Of a stretch of 64,000 nucleotides of DNA, positions 44,431 through 57,291 are shown in pieces. The notes below the pieces were generated by a model. That model was not told where the DNA came from. It saw nothing but the letters and a program-made list of their open reading frames with translations, and ran no database searches. The position numbers were made by a program, and so were the translations under genes. Location: positions 1 through 64,000 of the forward strand of contig CDMY01000246.1 in the NCBI GenBank assembly GCA_001179505.1, written 5' to 3'. Position 1 is the stretch's first letter; every line of letters begins with the position of its first letter. This stretch comes from Vitrella brassicaformis CCMP3155. Its lineage: Eukaryota; Protista; Chromerida.

Positions 44431-46145
44431 TGTGTGCATGTGTGTGAATCTGTCTGTCTGTCTGCCATTGGTGTCATCCGCTGACCTTCCTCCTCGAAGC
44501 GTCGTTCCTCCTGTTTGGCCTGGCGGCATATGTCGCCAATCACACTGTTCGACACAAAGATCCTCCCACGCTGAGCAAACACCGACAAACCAACGGAACA
44601 CGCGCACAACGAACGGTTGGATGTCCTCTGTCTGTCTGTTTGTCTGTCTGTCTGTGTGTCTGGGTGTCTGTCTGACCTCTTCGTGATACGCCGTGGCCAG
44701 GAAGTCCGGCCGCAACGGTGGAATCAGCGACGTGGAAAGAACCACAGGCTCGCCTGCACACACAAGCACATAACACCACACCACAGCGCACCACAGCGCA
44801 GCAGCGGCCACATTATGCCCCAGATGCACCCACTTGACCGCATAAGTAAATGGCCTACCGGTCTTTGCGAAGTCGACAGCATCGCTGTGCAGCTCAGCGA
44901 GCTCGAGGCACGTCGGATGGCGGGCCTATGTGGTTTGGTGCGATGTGAGAACACAACAACACAAGACAAGACAACCAACACTCCTAGGAACGTGTTTGTG
45001 TGTGGGTGCAGACTTGCCTTCTGTTCGGCGTAGATGTCGGGCTGGTGGCACTGGTTCAGCCAGGCCACAGCTATCTTGCCCAGCGTGTCAAACCTGAAGT
45101 AGTCGATGAAGTAACTCTGCACACAACACAACACAACACAACAGCAAACGACACACAGCCATCCATTCTCCCCTCCCCTCCCCTCCCTCTCAGCCCTCCC
45201 GGTTTGTCACACACACTTGCGTGTAGTGCCCGTTGCCTGACGGCCGGGTCACGGAGGCCCACCTCGGGCAGTCTCTTCGGCCGCGGCTTGTAGTACTCCG
45301 CACCCGGCGGGTTGGTCGTGGGCGGAACGCATCGAGGGTCCCAAATCGCGTGGTACATGTCACCTGACACACACAAAAAACATATCCACACACACAATGA
45401 GATACGTCTGTGATGTGGCGGCTGAAGGAGTGAGAGTGGGNNNNNNNNNNNNNNNNNNNNNNNNNNNNNNNNNNNNNNNNNNNNNNNNNNNNNNNNNNNN
45501 NNNNNNNNNNNNNNNNNNNNNNNNNNNNNNNNNNNNNNNNNNNNNNNNNNNNNNNNNNNNNNNNNNNNNNNNNNNNNNNNNNNNNNNNNNNNNNNNNNNN
45601 NNNNNNNNNNNNNNNNNNNNNNNNNNNNNNNNNNNNNNNNNNNNNNNNNNNNNNNNNNNNNNNNNNNNNNNNNNNNNNNNNNNNNNNNNNNNNNNNNNNN
45701 NNNNNNNNNNNNNNNNNNNNNNNNNNNNNNNNNNNNNNNNAGGGGTCGGTGGCTTCCGTACCGTCTAGGTCAGAGCCGCTGAGTTCGTTTGGGTGCGGCC
45801 GGGGGCCCTTGACGGGGAAGACTATGACGTTGACACAGTGGCGCAGCCGCGGCCTGTCCACCGCCTCGAAGACGCGTGTGTCGCCGGGGTCGAAGGCGGG
45901 GTTCTTGGTCACTACCACCTTGCCTGAAACACCACACCACAACACACCACAACACACCTCACAGGCCTCATGTGATCGACAATCGGACGCTCTGGAGCGC
46001 CGCACGCCCTCTCGCACCTTTGACGGTCTTGACGGCTTCGTCTGGGCGCTGTATGCGCAGGTGGATCTCACCGTAATTGAGGACGCCGGTCTCGTCGGGC
46101 ACGCCGAACAGCACTGCACCCTCCTGCACACACACACACACACAC

Positions 46146-46180
<35 letters not shown>

Positions 46181-46223
46181 TGGAGGAGAGGAATCGGCTG
46201 CGTGTGTCCATACGCATTTGCTT

Positions 46224-46257
<34 letters not shown>

Positions 46258-49200
46258 TGTGTGACCTACGTTGACAAACAGGTGTGTCTTGGTCTCGATC
46301 ATCTTGCAGTCCAGCCGACGGATCTCCCGCAGGCATTTCAGCACAAAGGGATCCCTCATGCTGCGGTCGCCGTCCAGACGCCTCGTCTGCGTCAGCAGCT
46401 TGACCAGTGTGGGCCCGATGACGCTCTCACGCCCGACGCTCCGAAGCATCTGGAGTGCGGCATCTGACAGATGGATGGATGGATGGACGGCACACACATA
46501 TATTTGCTGTGGTGGGGTGTTGTGTGGTGGGTGGCTGGGTCGGGGGGTCTCTACCTTTGTCGGTAGTGGCTTTGTTGAGTACGCCCATGGCGTCGCGGAA
46601 GATCTCGTGGAAGACGCGAGGCGGCACCTCACGCGTGAGCAGCAGAGTGATGATCTCTCGGTTCAGGTGCAGTGGGATGAAGCGACTGACACACCACACA
46701 CATACACATACACACGGATGCGATGCGGCACTGGGTGTCCTCGTGTGTGGTGTGGATGTGGAGCATGATGTGGTGTGGATGTGCGGTGAGGTGGTGCGGA
46801 CGCGTAGCCGTTGTCGCAGACTTCAAGGATGTTGTGCTGGGCCGTGAACTTGGTCTGCGATGGGCGGAGAGCCAGGCGATAGCTGCAGCGATCACACACA
46901 CACACACACACATCCACCATCCGGCCTCGACACATTTGCACACACACCTTGGCCTGTCTGGCGCCTCTCTGGCTGTCTGTGTGGTTAGCTAGCTTACGGG
47001 CGTGGGTGTTTGTCTCTGAAGTTGAGGTCGACCTGCAGCATGCCCTTGGCGCCGTTGAACCGGATCTGCACACACACATCAAGACACACATCAGGCCAGG
47101 CCACACACAAACACACACACACACACACACGTGTGGTGTGGATGGGGTGACCTGACGCGGCCCGGCTCACCTGAAAGGCGTGTGGGACGAAGTCGAGCTT
47201 CAGCTGTGTCGCCAGATCCTCAGCTACACTCTCGTGGCAATATCCCGCACCATCTGCACACATCGACAACAACACACCACACACACACACACACAGATGG
47301 ATGGATGGATGGATGCCTGACCCCCATTGCTGTGCTGACCAGTGAACTCATACACGGCGTCATTGGCATGGTCGCCTGGGTCCACTGCTCGAGCGATGTC
47401 GTCCACACGAACCACCTCGCTGGGGTGGATGCAGATGCCCCGCTGGGTGGCCGAGAAACACTGCCCCATGCGGGCAGCGAACTTGCCTGCAGACAGACAT
47501 GACACACAGCACAGCACAGACACACCGGACGACACCACGCAGGTCTGTCTCCCTCTCTCTGTGTNNNNNNNNNNNNNNNNNNNNNNNNNNNNNNNNNNNN
47601 NNNNNNNNNNNNNNNNNNNNNNNNNNNNNNNNNNNNNNNNNNNNNNNNNNNNNNNNNNNNNNNNNNNNNNNNNNNNNNNNNNNNNNNNNNNNNNNNNNNN
47701 NNNNNNNNNNNNNNNNNNNNNNNNNNNNNNNNNNNNNNNNNNNNNNNNNNNNNNNNNNNNNNNNNNNNNNNNNNNNNNNNNNNNNNNNNNNNNNNNNNNN
47801 NNNNNNNNNNNNNNNNNNNNNNNNNNNNNNNNNNNNNNNNNNNNNNNNNNNNNNNNNNNNNNNNGGGGATGCGCGGGGAGGGGGGAGGGGAGGGCCTTAC
47901 TGGGTTGTTTGATGTGTGAGAAATCGCCCATGAAGGACCAGATCTGCTCCAGCGTCAGGCCCTTGTCCTTGTCTGACGTCACACACACACACACACACAC
48001 AGGTGTCGGTGTGTGCCCACCACGATCGATTGACTTGGTTACTGTACCAGGTCTGAGTAGCCAGGCCGATTGCTCCCTCACTTGGCTGCTGCTGAAGCCC
48101 AACAGCACGTAGGGCGGCAGATGTCCCACACGAACACCTGACGGACGGACGGACGGATGGATGGATGAGTGGATGGATGGATGGATGGATCACATATGGG
48201 AGGGAGGGAGGGAGTGTGTGTGTGTGTGTGTGTCGAGCGAGCTTACCCTCCTCGAGTATGCGTTGGATGCGGTCCTTGACGAGGGGCGCTACCGTCACGT
48301 GATAGTGGAGTTGTTTGCCGTCCTCGTCTGCACACACATACACACACGAGCGACAGAGTGGGGACGAATAAATGCATTCGATGAGATGGACGCGCCATCG
48401 CCGCCGTCCGCGCACTTACCGGTGAATCTGCCGCGTACGAAGTGGTCGGTGTGCTGCCGATACCGCCGAAGCACTCTGAACCAACACGACAAACACACCA
48501 CACACATACACACAGAGTCTCTCTCTCTCTCTCTCTCTTGATCCCCGTCAGTGTGTGTGGATGACGTTGTGTGTGTGTGTGTTTTGTGTTGCATACCGGT
48601 TGGACTGCTCGACGAAGGGCCCCCTGACGTACATCTTGAGTGGCGTGACGTCGACGTGCAGAATGCGCATGCAGTGCTCGGGGTACTCCATGAGGGTGTG
48701 GACCAGGCCCAGCTGCCGCTGACCACGGGCAGCGATCCTCTCAAACTCTGATGAGCACCCGACACACCACACCACACCACACACAAGGGGAGGGAGGGAG
48801 GGAGGGCATTGTTGCGCTGTGTGGTGTGGTGTGGTGTGGTGACCTTGTTTGGGGTTCATGATGGGCTTGCCGGGCTTCTCCATCTCCTACATCGGTCAAA
48901 CATGCGCCGCCATCGGTCTCATGTCATATGATTCGTGTGATTGGAATGGACCACACCCTTCCCTTGTGTTATGTTCAGTCAGTGTGGTGTGAAGCCGACC
49001 GTCAGGCAGTACAGCTTGACTTTGACCGAGTACGAGGGGCTCAGCAGACACTCTGACACAAACGATGGCTCAACCTGACCACACACACAACACACAACAC
49101 ACAACACAACACGTCAATCGCCTGTCCGCCTGGCTTGTCCAAGTGTTGGCTGCACGTACCGCCCTGGTGCCCTGGAGTATGCCTGCAGGGCAGCACAGCC

Positions 49201-51389
49201 ACACAGACACACACACAGAGAGAGAGAGAGAGAGATCAGGTGTGTGTGTGTGTGGGGCGGTCGGCGAGAGGGTGACCGACGCGACGCACCGTTAGTAATG
49301 AGCACTTGGTACTGAGTGCAGAGGAGGAAGTGAGCACCGGGGGTGTCCTGGCCGCGGCTGCGACCCTCACACAACTCCAATGACACACTGACAGCCGCAC
49401 ACGGAGATAGAAAACAAGATCAAAAGTGACTGAGGAAGCATCACATCGTGGTCTCGCCGCACCGATGTATGTCATCCAGCCAGCGGTCGTTGGTTATGCT
49501 GTCGTACTGGATGGTGGGCAGCCTGCAGCCAGTCCCGTCGAGACGCCCAACACACAAACACAGCTTGATGCGATGCGATCCAGTGGTGCAGGCCGCGCCT
49601 CACGTGGTGTTGTGCTGCAGGATGCCGGCCTTGACGAGTGACGGCGCCACCTTGTCGAGGAAATGCGCGCGGCGGCCGGGACACACCAGACTCACACACC
49701 AGCTGACCTCCAGCGCCTGATGGATGGATGGATGGCACACCACATACGAAATGACTTCCCGTGTAGATGTGTAGACGCCCCTTCTTCCTCCGTGTGTATG
49801 TTGTGTATGTGTGGAGCGCACCGTGGCGCCCTTGCGTACGCCCCCCTGCCCTCCTCCGAATGCGCGCGGATCGCTGATCTTCCATGGGTCAGTGATGCGG
49901 ACGTAGTCGACACGGTTGGCCTCCTCGTGGTCGCATCCAGTGGCGTTGCGCAGCAGCTGCACACAACATAGGCAGGGAGGCAGGGCGGGAGGGAGGGAGG
50001 GACACACACGCCTTTGTTTGCCTCATGCCACCCACTCACCACCCACAAGTGTGTGTGTGTGTGTGTGTTTGTGTGGCAGCCTGTGTTAGTCACCTTGGGC
50101 GCGTGTGTGAAGTTGATGGCCACGTGCAGGTCGTCATCGTCGGTGGCGTACAGGCGGAGCGACACGTGAGCGAATGGCCACTCCATCCGGTAATGTGTGC
50201 CCGTGCCCGTCCTGCCCAGCCCACACATAGAGAGGGAGAGTGTGCAGATGTCTCACGGAAAGGTCGTGTGTGTGTGTGTGGCACTTGAACTCGAGGCGGA
50301 TTTTGCGATCCGTGAGGCAGAAGAAGAGCCCGGCTGGCCCGTGCTTGACCAGGAGGGCGCCAAACGAGTTGACGGTCTGCAATCCAATCAACACATCCAA
50401 CCAGACAACACACGCACAGGTACGGTACACACATCCGGTGGTGTGGTGTGGTGTGGTGTGGTGTGGTGTCCATCCCATCTTGGGTTAGGGTACCTCATGC
50501 GCCAGTTGGTCCGGTCCCCCCCACTGCCTCTCCACGCCCACCAATGTCTTGTACGTCTCCATGTGCACCCCAACGCCACTCTCACACACCTGCAGCCAAC
50601 CAACAACCGCACACATACACAGCCAGCCAGCCAGCACGTTGCCTTCTATGTGTTCCTTGTCCCCTCCCCTCCCCTCCACCCACGATATTTCCAAAGGAGA
50701 TGCGATTTCCGAAGATGGCAGCGGTGCGTTTGGGGGGCTTGCCGCGGTCTATCTCCACTGTGATGCCACCCTGCCCATTCAGTTTCTCCACCGCCCGACG
50801 CGCCGAATCTTCGCTGCACTCACACACACGCGCGCGCGCACCCACACACGGAGAGAGAGAGAGCGATGCAACACACCGCACACGACACACCGTCGCATAC
50901 GGACCTGTAGAAGCAGATCGTCGCTCCCCGGTCGCCCGTGGAGGCCCTGCAGCGAGCCACACACACACACACACACACACACACACCACCACACCGACGG
51001 AATGCACTGTTTGTCCATCTCGTTCCCTCTCCTCTCCCATCCCCTCGCTCTCGCTCTCTCTGTGTGCTTACTCGTCGACCAGGCCGGCGTATTCTTTGCA
51101 TTTCACGATGAGGTCCCACAAAGACTGACCGGAGTTCCGCACAAACACCGTGCCAGACGTCTGTTCCACACCCTGCACTCACACCACACACACAACGCGG
51201 GAACAGAACACACTCACACACATGACTGACATGGTGCAGTGCATGTCAGTCACTGTGTGTGAATATGTAAGTCCCCACCTCTCGTCGAGGCTTCGTGCCG
51301 TAGCACTGGTGGTCATCTGGCCTTATCCCCACACCGTTGATGTCGCAGGACTTCAGCTCCGACTTCTCGGCGGAGGACGCCATGGCCAT
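37834..51389 (-). CDS. RDR: Cellular (RNAi-type) RNA-dependent RNA polymerase, DLDGD clade; ~40 exons; very large, with an internal insertion and a disordered C-terminal tail
   Basis: Motifs in canonical order: [18 protein letters not shown]|VLRRY; [14 protein letters not shown]; [11 protein letters not shown]; FTDGAG; [11 protein letters not shown]; LRPSQTKF; [14 protein letters not shown]; [23 protein letters not shown]|DMYHAIWD; LGKIAVAWL; [11 protein letters not shown]; RPDFL; [14 protein letters not shown]; ASAAYIAAY; LSFPW. Exons at ~40400-40330 and ~40251-40170 splice in frame into the 37834-40087 ORF. Confidence 0.9.
45441..45740. other. Assembly gap (300 N) inside the RdRP intron that splits the DLDG|D codon
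   Basis: Run of exactly 300 n. Confidence 0.99.
47565..47864. other. Assembly gap (300 N) inside an RdRP intron
   Basis: Run of exactly 300 n. Confidence 0.99.
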
Positions 51390-51908
51390 GGGTAGCCCAG
51401 GGTGAGTGGAAGGGCGAAGCTGTCAGTTGGCCTGCTCTCTGGCTGACAGGCTTATCAGCCGCCGCATGCACGCAGATCTCTCATCTCATCTGCGCCGTCC
51501 TGCTGCGGCGGCACACGCGCGACTGGCTGCGGGTGTTCTGCGGTCCTGTTGCTGCACACTGCGCCAAATGCTGTTCTCGGGCATACGCTGCCCTTCAACG
51601 TGGCGAAAGCAGCGAAAAGACGGCAAAAAACAGGCGACGAGGTCAGATCGACTGCGAGCTTAAATTAGAAAGAGACCATTTCGTTTGAGTTCAACGAAAG
51701 CCGAGTGCAATCTTGCCAACGCTGAGGAGAGAGGTCGTGCTGTCGTCGTCTATGAAGCGCCTCTGAGATCTTCTCCTCCTGTGTGTTATTCGATGACGGG
51801 ACCGCCCTGCCCAAGATCAGCAGCAACAGCCTGTGCAAGAGCGGCACGACGAGCCGCCGCGTGAGGTCTTATCTTACCTCATATAATCTCAGCTCAGCCG
51901 AGCCGCTG

Positions 51909-54223
51909 ATGAGGAGTGGGGTTGTGTTGCTGCTCCATGCTGCTGTCAACGCGGCCCTCGTGTGCAGCCGGAGAGCCCCGTCCCCCCACCATGCCATCAA
52001 CCACCCATCGCCGCGACGAGTCACTCAGAGAAGGAGCGACCACCCGCCACTGCCGACAGCATCATCAGCCGCACCAGCGCTATCCCTATCGCGAGCAGCA
52101 GCGGCCTTCGTCTCCCCCCTCAATGTGCGTCATCCCCCCCTCTCGCCACCGGGACCTCCAAGAGACTTCCGGTGCGCTGACGAACTCTCGCCCTGTCTGC
52201 CCTCTGCAACAGCAACGCCTTCGACGCACACACGACTGCCCTGCACCCCCCATCGTCCCCGGCCATCCCTCTCTCGCCCCCAGCGCCCACCCGATGGCCA
52301 GCGCGGCTCGTCCAGGTGGCCGCTCACGAGGCTGTCGCACACGTTTCGCCACCTGGATCGAAGAAAAGACGCCGCGTGGCAGCGGCTTCCTTCACGAGAG
52401 GTGCTGGTGACGTATGCGCTTCATGCGCTCAGGGGTCTGTCGGTGCTGGCGGTCATCGGGCTGCTCGTCATGGGCGGGGCCGCGGCTTTCGCGGCAGGAC
52501 CCGCAGCCCCACCCAAACCACTGGCCTTTGGCAAAGGTAAGGCACACACGCGGCGGATACGACTGCACACCACACGGACTGGCCAGTACATCACCACATC
52601 GTGATTTATGTGTTGTGTGTGGCTCACAGTGTTGGACGCGAATATGTCGCCCGTGACGACCATGAGTCCCAGTGAGTTCGTGCGGTTCGCTGCGGCCGGC
52701 GCCATGTGCTGCGGCATGACTCACCTGGCTGTCGTCCCCATCGATGTCGTCAAGACCAGCGCACAAGCCAACCCCAAGAAATACAACAAGTGTGTTCGCT
52801 ACGCTCACAAGTCAGTCGGAAGACGGGCACATTGTGGGGTGTGTGGGGTGTGTGTGTGTGTAGGGGCTGGCACGGGAACACGGCGATGCTGTTAGATGAG
52901 TTCGGTCCGAGTGTGCTGATGCGAGGGGCGGTGCCGACGCTGACGGGGTATTCGATCCAGGGGATATTCAAGTTCGGCGGCAACGAGCTCATCAAGAGGC
53001 TGCTCATCGGTGAGGGTGAGAGGAGGAGCCAGGCCAAAGCAATGCAGGCCAAGGCTTCGGTGGTGGGGGATGTATGCGACCAAAGATGCGTTCGGTCTTC
53101 CCTCTCTCCTTGCTTGTATTGTACGCCTGTCCTGTGTGTGTCAGGTGCGTTTGGGATGGAGTGGGCGTGTGGGCATCGCTTCCTCCTCGTGCTCATGGCA
53201 TCATTCCTAGCCGAGGTAGGTGAAACAACACCACACGCAGAGCAGGACAGGAGCAGCATGGACACCCTGATTTCTCTGTCTGTCTGTCTGTGTGGTGCCA
53301 TTAGGTGGTAGCTGATCTGTTCCTGTGTCCGTTCGAGGCGACCAGGATCCGCATGGTGGCCGACCGCACAATGCCCAGAAACCAAGTCGAAGTCCTCGGC
53401 AAAATCGTCCAACAGGTGAGTGACCGGACACACCAGCCAGGGTGGACACACCAGCAGACAGGGTGCATTGTCATTATCATGTGGTGGCCGGTGGGTCAGG
53501 AGGGTATCTTGGCGCCCTGGAAGGGTCTCGTCCCCCTGATGTGCCGACAGCTCCCCTACACCATGGCCAAATTCGCCACACAAGTAAGCTGAGCCACTCA
53601 CTCGTGGCGTGGCGGAGAGGAGGTCACTCCTCTCCTCTCCTCTCCTGTCCTGCATGATATTCTTTTCCCCTTCTTCGCGCTCCATGTCCCTCCCTTTGTG
53701 TGTGCACCCGTGTCAGGATTACCTCCAAAAGACGGCCTACCTGTCCTTCTCCTTCCTGACGCCCCCCAACCTATGGATCTCGGTCGGCAGCGGAGTGGTC
53801 GGGGGCATCATGGCAGGTGCGACACCAGTACAATAAATGGGTCGACCTGAGAGATGCGTGTGGTGTGTTCTGTTCTGTTCGTGTGCAGCGATAGTGTCCC
53901 AGCCGGCCGACACGGTGCTGTCGACAGAGCTCAAGAAGGAGGGCCGCTCGCTCAACAAGGCCATCAAGAGCATCTACACCTACAAGGGACTGCCGGGATT
54001 CTTCACAGGCGCGCACATCAAACCAGCACCACAGCATAAACACGATAGACGTCTCTGCGTGTGTGAGGTGAGATAGATGTGTTTGGCTGGTGTGTGTCTC
54101 ACTCACTCAGGTCTGAAGGAGCGGAGTGTGATGGACGCCATCATTGCGGGGGGGCAGTTCTTCATTTACGACTCGCTCAAGATCCTGTTGAAGATCGCAC
54201 CCAAGGACATCGTCGCCAGATGA
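51909..54223 (+). CDS. Mitochondrial carrier family (SLC25) phosphate-carrier-like protein with a ~200-aa N-terminal leader, multi-exon
   Basis: CCGMTHLAVVPIDVVKT; GYSIQGIFKFG; LAE|VVADLFLCPFEATRIR; WKGLVPLMCRQLPYTMAKF; AIVSQPADTVLS; QFFIYDSLKI. All are phosphate-carrier-type signatures. Confidence 0.88.
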
Positions 54224-55828
54224 GACAAAGAACAAGAGAGAGGCGGAGCGGGAGAGACGCAGAGCGGTGTCTGTACAGTCAGAGAGGCCATGCATGTGAT
54301 GGTATGGGGTGTGCGAGTGCAGTGGGCGGCGATCGGTTCACGTCACGTCACCCCATGTGGTGCTCACTGCACTGCTGGGAGGATCGGATCGCTGGATGGA
54401 CTTATTTTTATCCCACACGGCGCATCCGAGGAAGCGCCGGTGGTTTCATTCATGTGCTCGCCTAGACGGTCCCATACACTCACGCACGCACACACACATT
54501 CCCGTGCACATGACATGAATGAGACGTCTACCCATGCCTGGCCTGGTTGCGGCCTTTTGCCGGCCTATGCACACGTGACGTGTACCCACCCATCGTCAGT
54601 CAGTGTCTTCCTGTCTGTCTGTCTGTCTGCCTTCTTGTCTGCCTGTCTGTCTTGGATTTTGCATCCTTATCGCCACCCACCTTGTGCGTGTACAGTCCCC
54701 CGAGCCACCACTTTTTCTCGCCCGCCTTGCCTCCCATACTGACATACAAACAAACCTCTCGGCCTCTCTACCTCTATCGGTCTCTGTCTCCTTTCTTCTC
54801 TCCTCTTCCCCTTTGTAGTTGTCTGTCTGTCTGTCTGTCTGTCTGTGGGTGAGTGGGGGCGCTCTGTGTGAGGCCTCTGTACAGACCAGACGAGGGGGGG
54901 GGGAGGGAGGGCAGTGATGCGATGCTATGCGGCGACCCAACACGAGTAAGTACGCTTGTGTAGAGCTTGGGATGGGAGGGCAGATGAGATGGCCGGACAA
55001 GTGAGGCTAGTCAGTGAAGTGATCCGCTCGTTCCTGTAGTCCTTCACTCACTGACAGACAGACAGACAGACAGGCAGGCAGACTAGGTAGGTGCGTACGA
55101 ACGTGAATGCGGCTCGGCATATCCAAGGGTCCACACACGATGCGATGGATGCATGGGTGTGATATCGGTACCTGGTGGCTGGTGGGGCTCGGGAACGGAG
55201 CGACTCATTCACCTTTGGCTGAGAAGGGGTGGGTGGGATGGCTGTGGCTGGCTGGCTGGTTGGGTGAGAGATGAGATGGAGATGAACTCACAGCCGTTGT
55301 AGAGTGAGATAGCCTGTGGTTGGTGTGGTGTGATGTAAGGCTGATTCGCCTTGATTGGTTCATGCCTGAAGCATTCGTGTCAACGTAAGACAATTCGGTT
55401 TACGTGGCCTGGCGTGGCGGTGGTGTGAATGTCTCTCTCGTCAATTAGTTCCCTATATCTGCCTCTCTGGCAGGCTGCTCATTGCTGTCGGGACTATACA
55501 CAGATTTATATAATAGTCACCACACACACACACACACACAGGTCCGTCGCGACAGCATGACACAGCACAACACATGGAGCACCACACAATGCCATCAATG
55601 CAGTCTCACGATGGGGGTCCGGTCCAAGGACACCACACCACCTACTCGTACCTACCGTGCCGACCAACGAAACAAACGGACGTACACACCCGTCTGTCTT
55701 ATCACATCAACCAGCCCATGTTTTCTCTCTCTCACACGTACCCTACACCACACCACACGGCGAAAAACTGCCGATCCAATCCAACACCCATCTCACCCTC
55801 TCTTCTCTCCCCCTCTCTGTCTAGTCTA

Positions 55829-57145
55829 CTAGACATGACCGTGATAGCTGATAGGGCTCGGCGGCCGGTAGTTGTCTTCCCTGGAGCCAATCTCTACAGA
55901 GCTCTTGGCGCGCCCCACATGCGTCGATAAGCCCATCCGCATCTGCTGCTGCACGGGGTGGTGTCGAGCCGGATACGGCGCCATGGTCGCCATCCTCGGC
56001 GGCGGGTCGATCAAGGGCGGGTAGGTGGTGATGTCCGGCGGCCCTGCGCCCATGGGGGACGTCCGGCGAAACACAGCAGGAGGGGGAGGGTGCCGCCGCA
56101 GGCACCGCCAGCACAAGTAACACCCCACCAGGTTGACGGTCACCAGCGCTATAACCACCACGCCAAAGGCCATCAGCAGGTCGTGCCACTTCTGCCAGAA
56201 GGGCCGATGGTGCGGTGCAGGGGTGGGCTCGGGCGGCTCGGGCGCATTGTGCTGTGCCGGGCCATCCCCGTCAGGTGCCAGCTGTGGACTGGTCACGTTG
56301 GCCGTGTGTGGGGGTCGGCTGCCCGCCCGCTTCCCAGGTGGCTGGGGGAATGGGGGGAGGGGCTCGGTGGGCAGGGCGTGGTGAGAGAGAGGGGAGAAAG
56401 CGGCGACGGTCTGGTTCGCTGAGGGCGGCGCAGCGCTGCCCTTCTTGGCCTCCTTCCTCTCGTTCGCCTCGCTCTGTCTGGCGGTCTTCTCCGTCGTCGA
56501 GTAGTGGACGAACTCCCGCCGCGCATCGGTGAGCTGCAAAAACAGGTGCACCTGCACCAGCCGGTTGGTCATGGACCGCACCACCAGATAAAAGATGTCG
56601 TCGCTCATGTCGGATGCGTCGAAGTCCACCCGCTTCTCGCACCTCCGCACCCCCACACTCATCCCCGGCAGCACCATGCCGCACGAGCCGTCATCGAGAT
56701 ACGAGAAGACCTCCCCCTCTCTCGCCAACCTGTAGTCGGGCTCGCGCATCAGAAACGCCTGGATGCTGTCATAGCGGTCGGCGAGCACCTCGAAGGACAG
56801 GGACGTCGCTGTCGTGCCGCGACCGGCTGTGTGGGCGAAGAAGCTCATCCATCCAACGTCGCCTGTGTGCCGCAGTGCGAGTGTGGTGGAGCACTTGATG
56901 AGGGCGCCCGGCCGAGGGCATCGCACGGGCACCTGCCGCTTGAAGAAGGGCTTGGCAGATGCCGTGTGGACGAGAAGGTGGACCAGCAGCCGGGCAAGGA
57001 CGGAGGATGGCCGTGAAGGTCGTCGATTTGCAGCCGTTTCTGGTGATGAACATGGCGATGGCACATGGTCAGACGGTCCTGTGCAATCACCAGCAGGCTC
57101 CTCCATCTTCGTGGTGCCAGCCATGTCGGTCTGCACTGCATCCAT
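55829..57145 (-). CDS. Intronless hypothetical membrane protein (recessed hydrophobic leader, globular middle, one C-terminal TM, Pro-rich cytosolic tail)
   Basis: Long ORF with SSVLARLLVHLLVHTASA|KPFF and TM LLMAFGVVVIALVTVNLVGCYLCW. No family recognised. Confidence 0.65.
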   Translation of the reverse strand: MDAVQTDMAGTTKMEEPAGDCTGPSDHVPSPCSSPETAANRRPSRPSSVLARLLVHLLVHTASAKPFFKRQVPVRCPRPGALIKCSTTLALRHTGDVGWMSFFAHTAGRGTTATSLSFEVLADRYDSIQAFLMREPDYRLAREGEVFSYLDDGSCGMVLPGMSVGVRRCEKRVDFDASDMSDDIFYLVVRSMTNRLVQVHLFLQLTDARREFVHYSTTEKTARQSEANERKEAKKGSAAPPSANQTVAAFSPLSHHALPTEPLPPFPQPPGKRAGSRPPHTANVTSPQLAPDGDGPAQHNAPEPPEPTPAPHHRPFWQKWHDLLMAFGVVVIALVTVNLVGCYLCWRCLRRHPPPPAVFRRTSPMGAGPPDITTYPPLIDPPPRMATMAPYPARHHPVQQQMRMGLSTHVGRAKSSVEIGSREDNYRPPSPISYHGHV

Positions 57146-57291
57146 CTGCACTTCTTGATTCCCCCAGATCTGTCCTCAACAGCATCAGGTGAGCGCCGTG
57201 TGACTGGGATCAGCTTAGGAAAGGGAACGGCTCGAGGTTGAAGCAAAGCTCGCGCGACCCGAAAAGCCGCTGAGAGGCATTCGACGTGTTG

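Noticed and set aside
45190-48129. ORFs containing long X runs
   Set aside because: They are artefacts of translating through the two 300-N gaps.
55009-55056. Imperfect inverted repeat GTCAGTGAAG...CTTCACTCACTGAC
   Set aside because: It is short and merges into a (GACA)n microsatellite, so it is likely chance.
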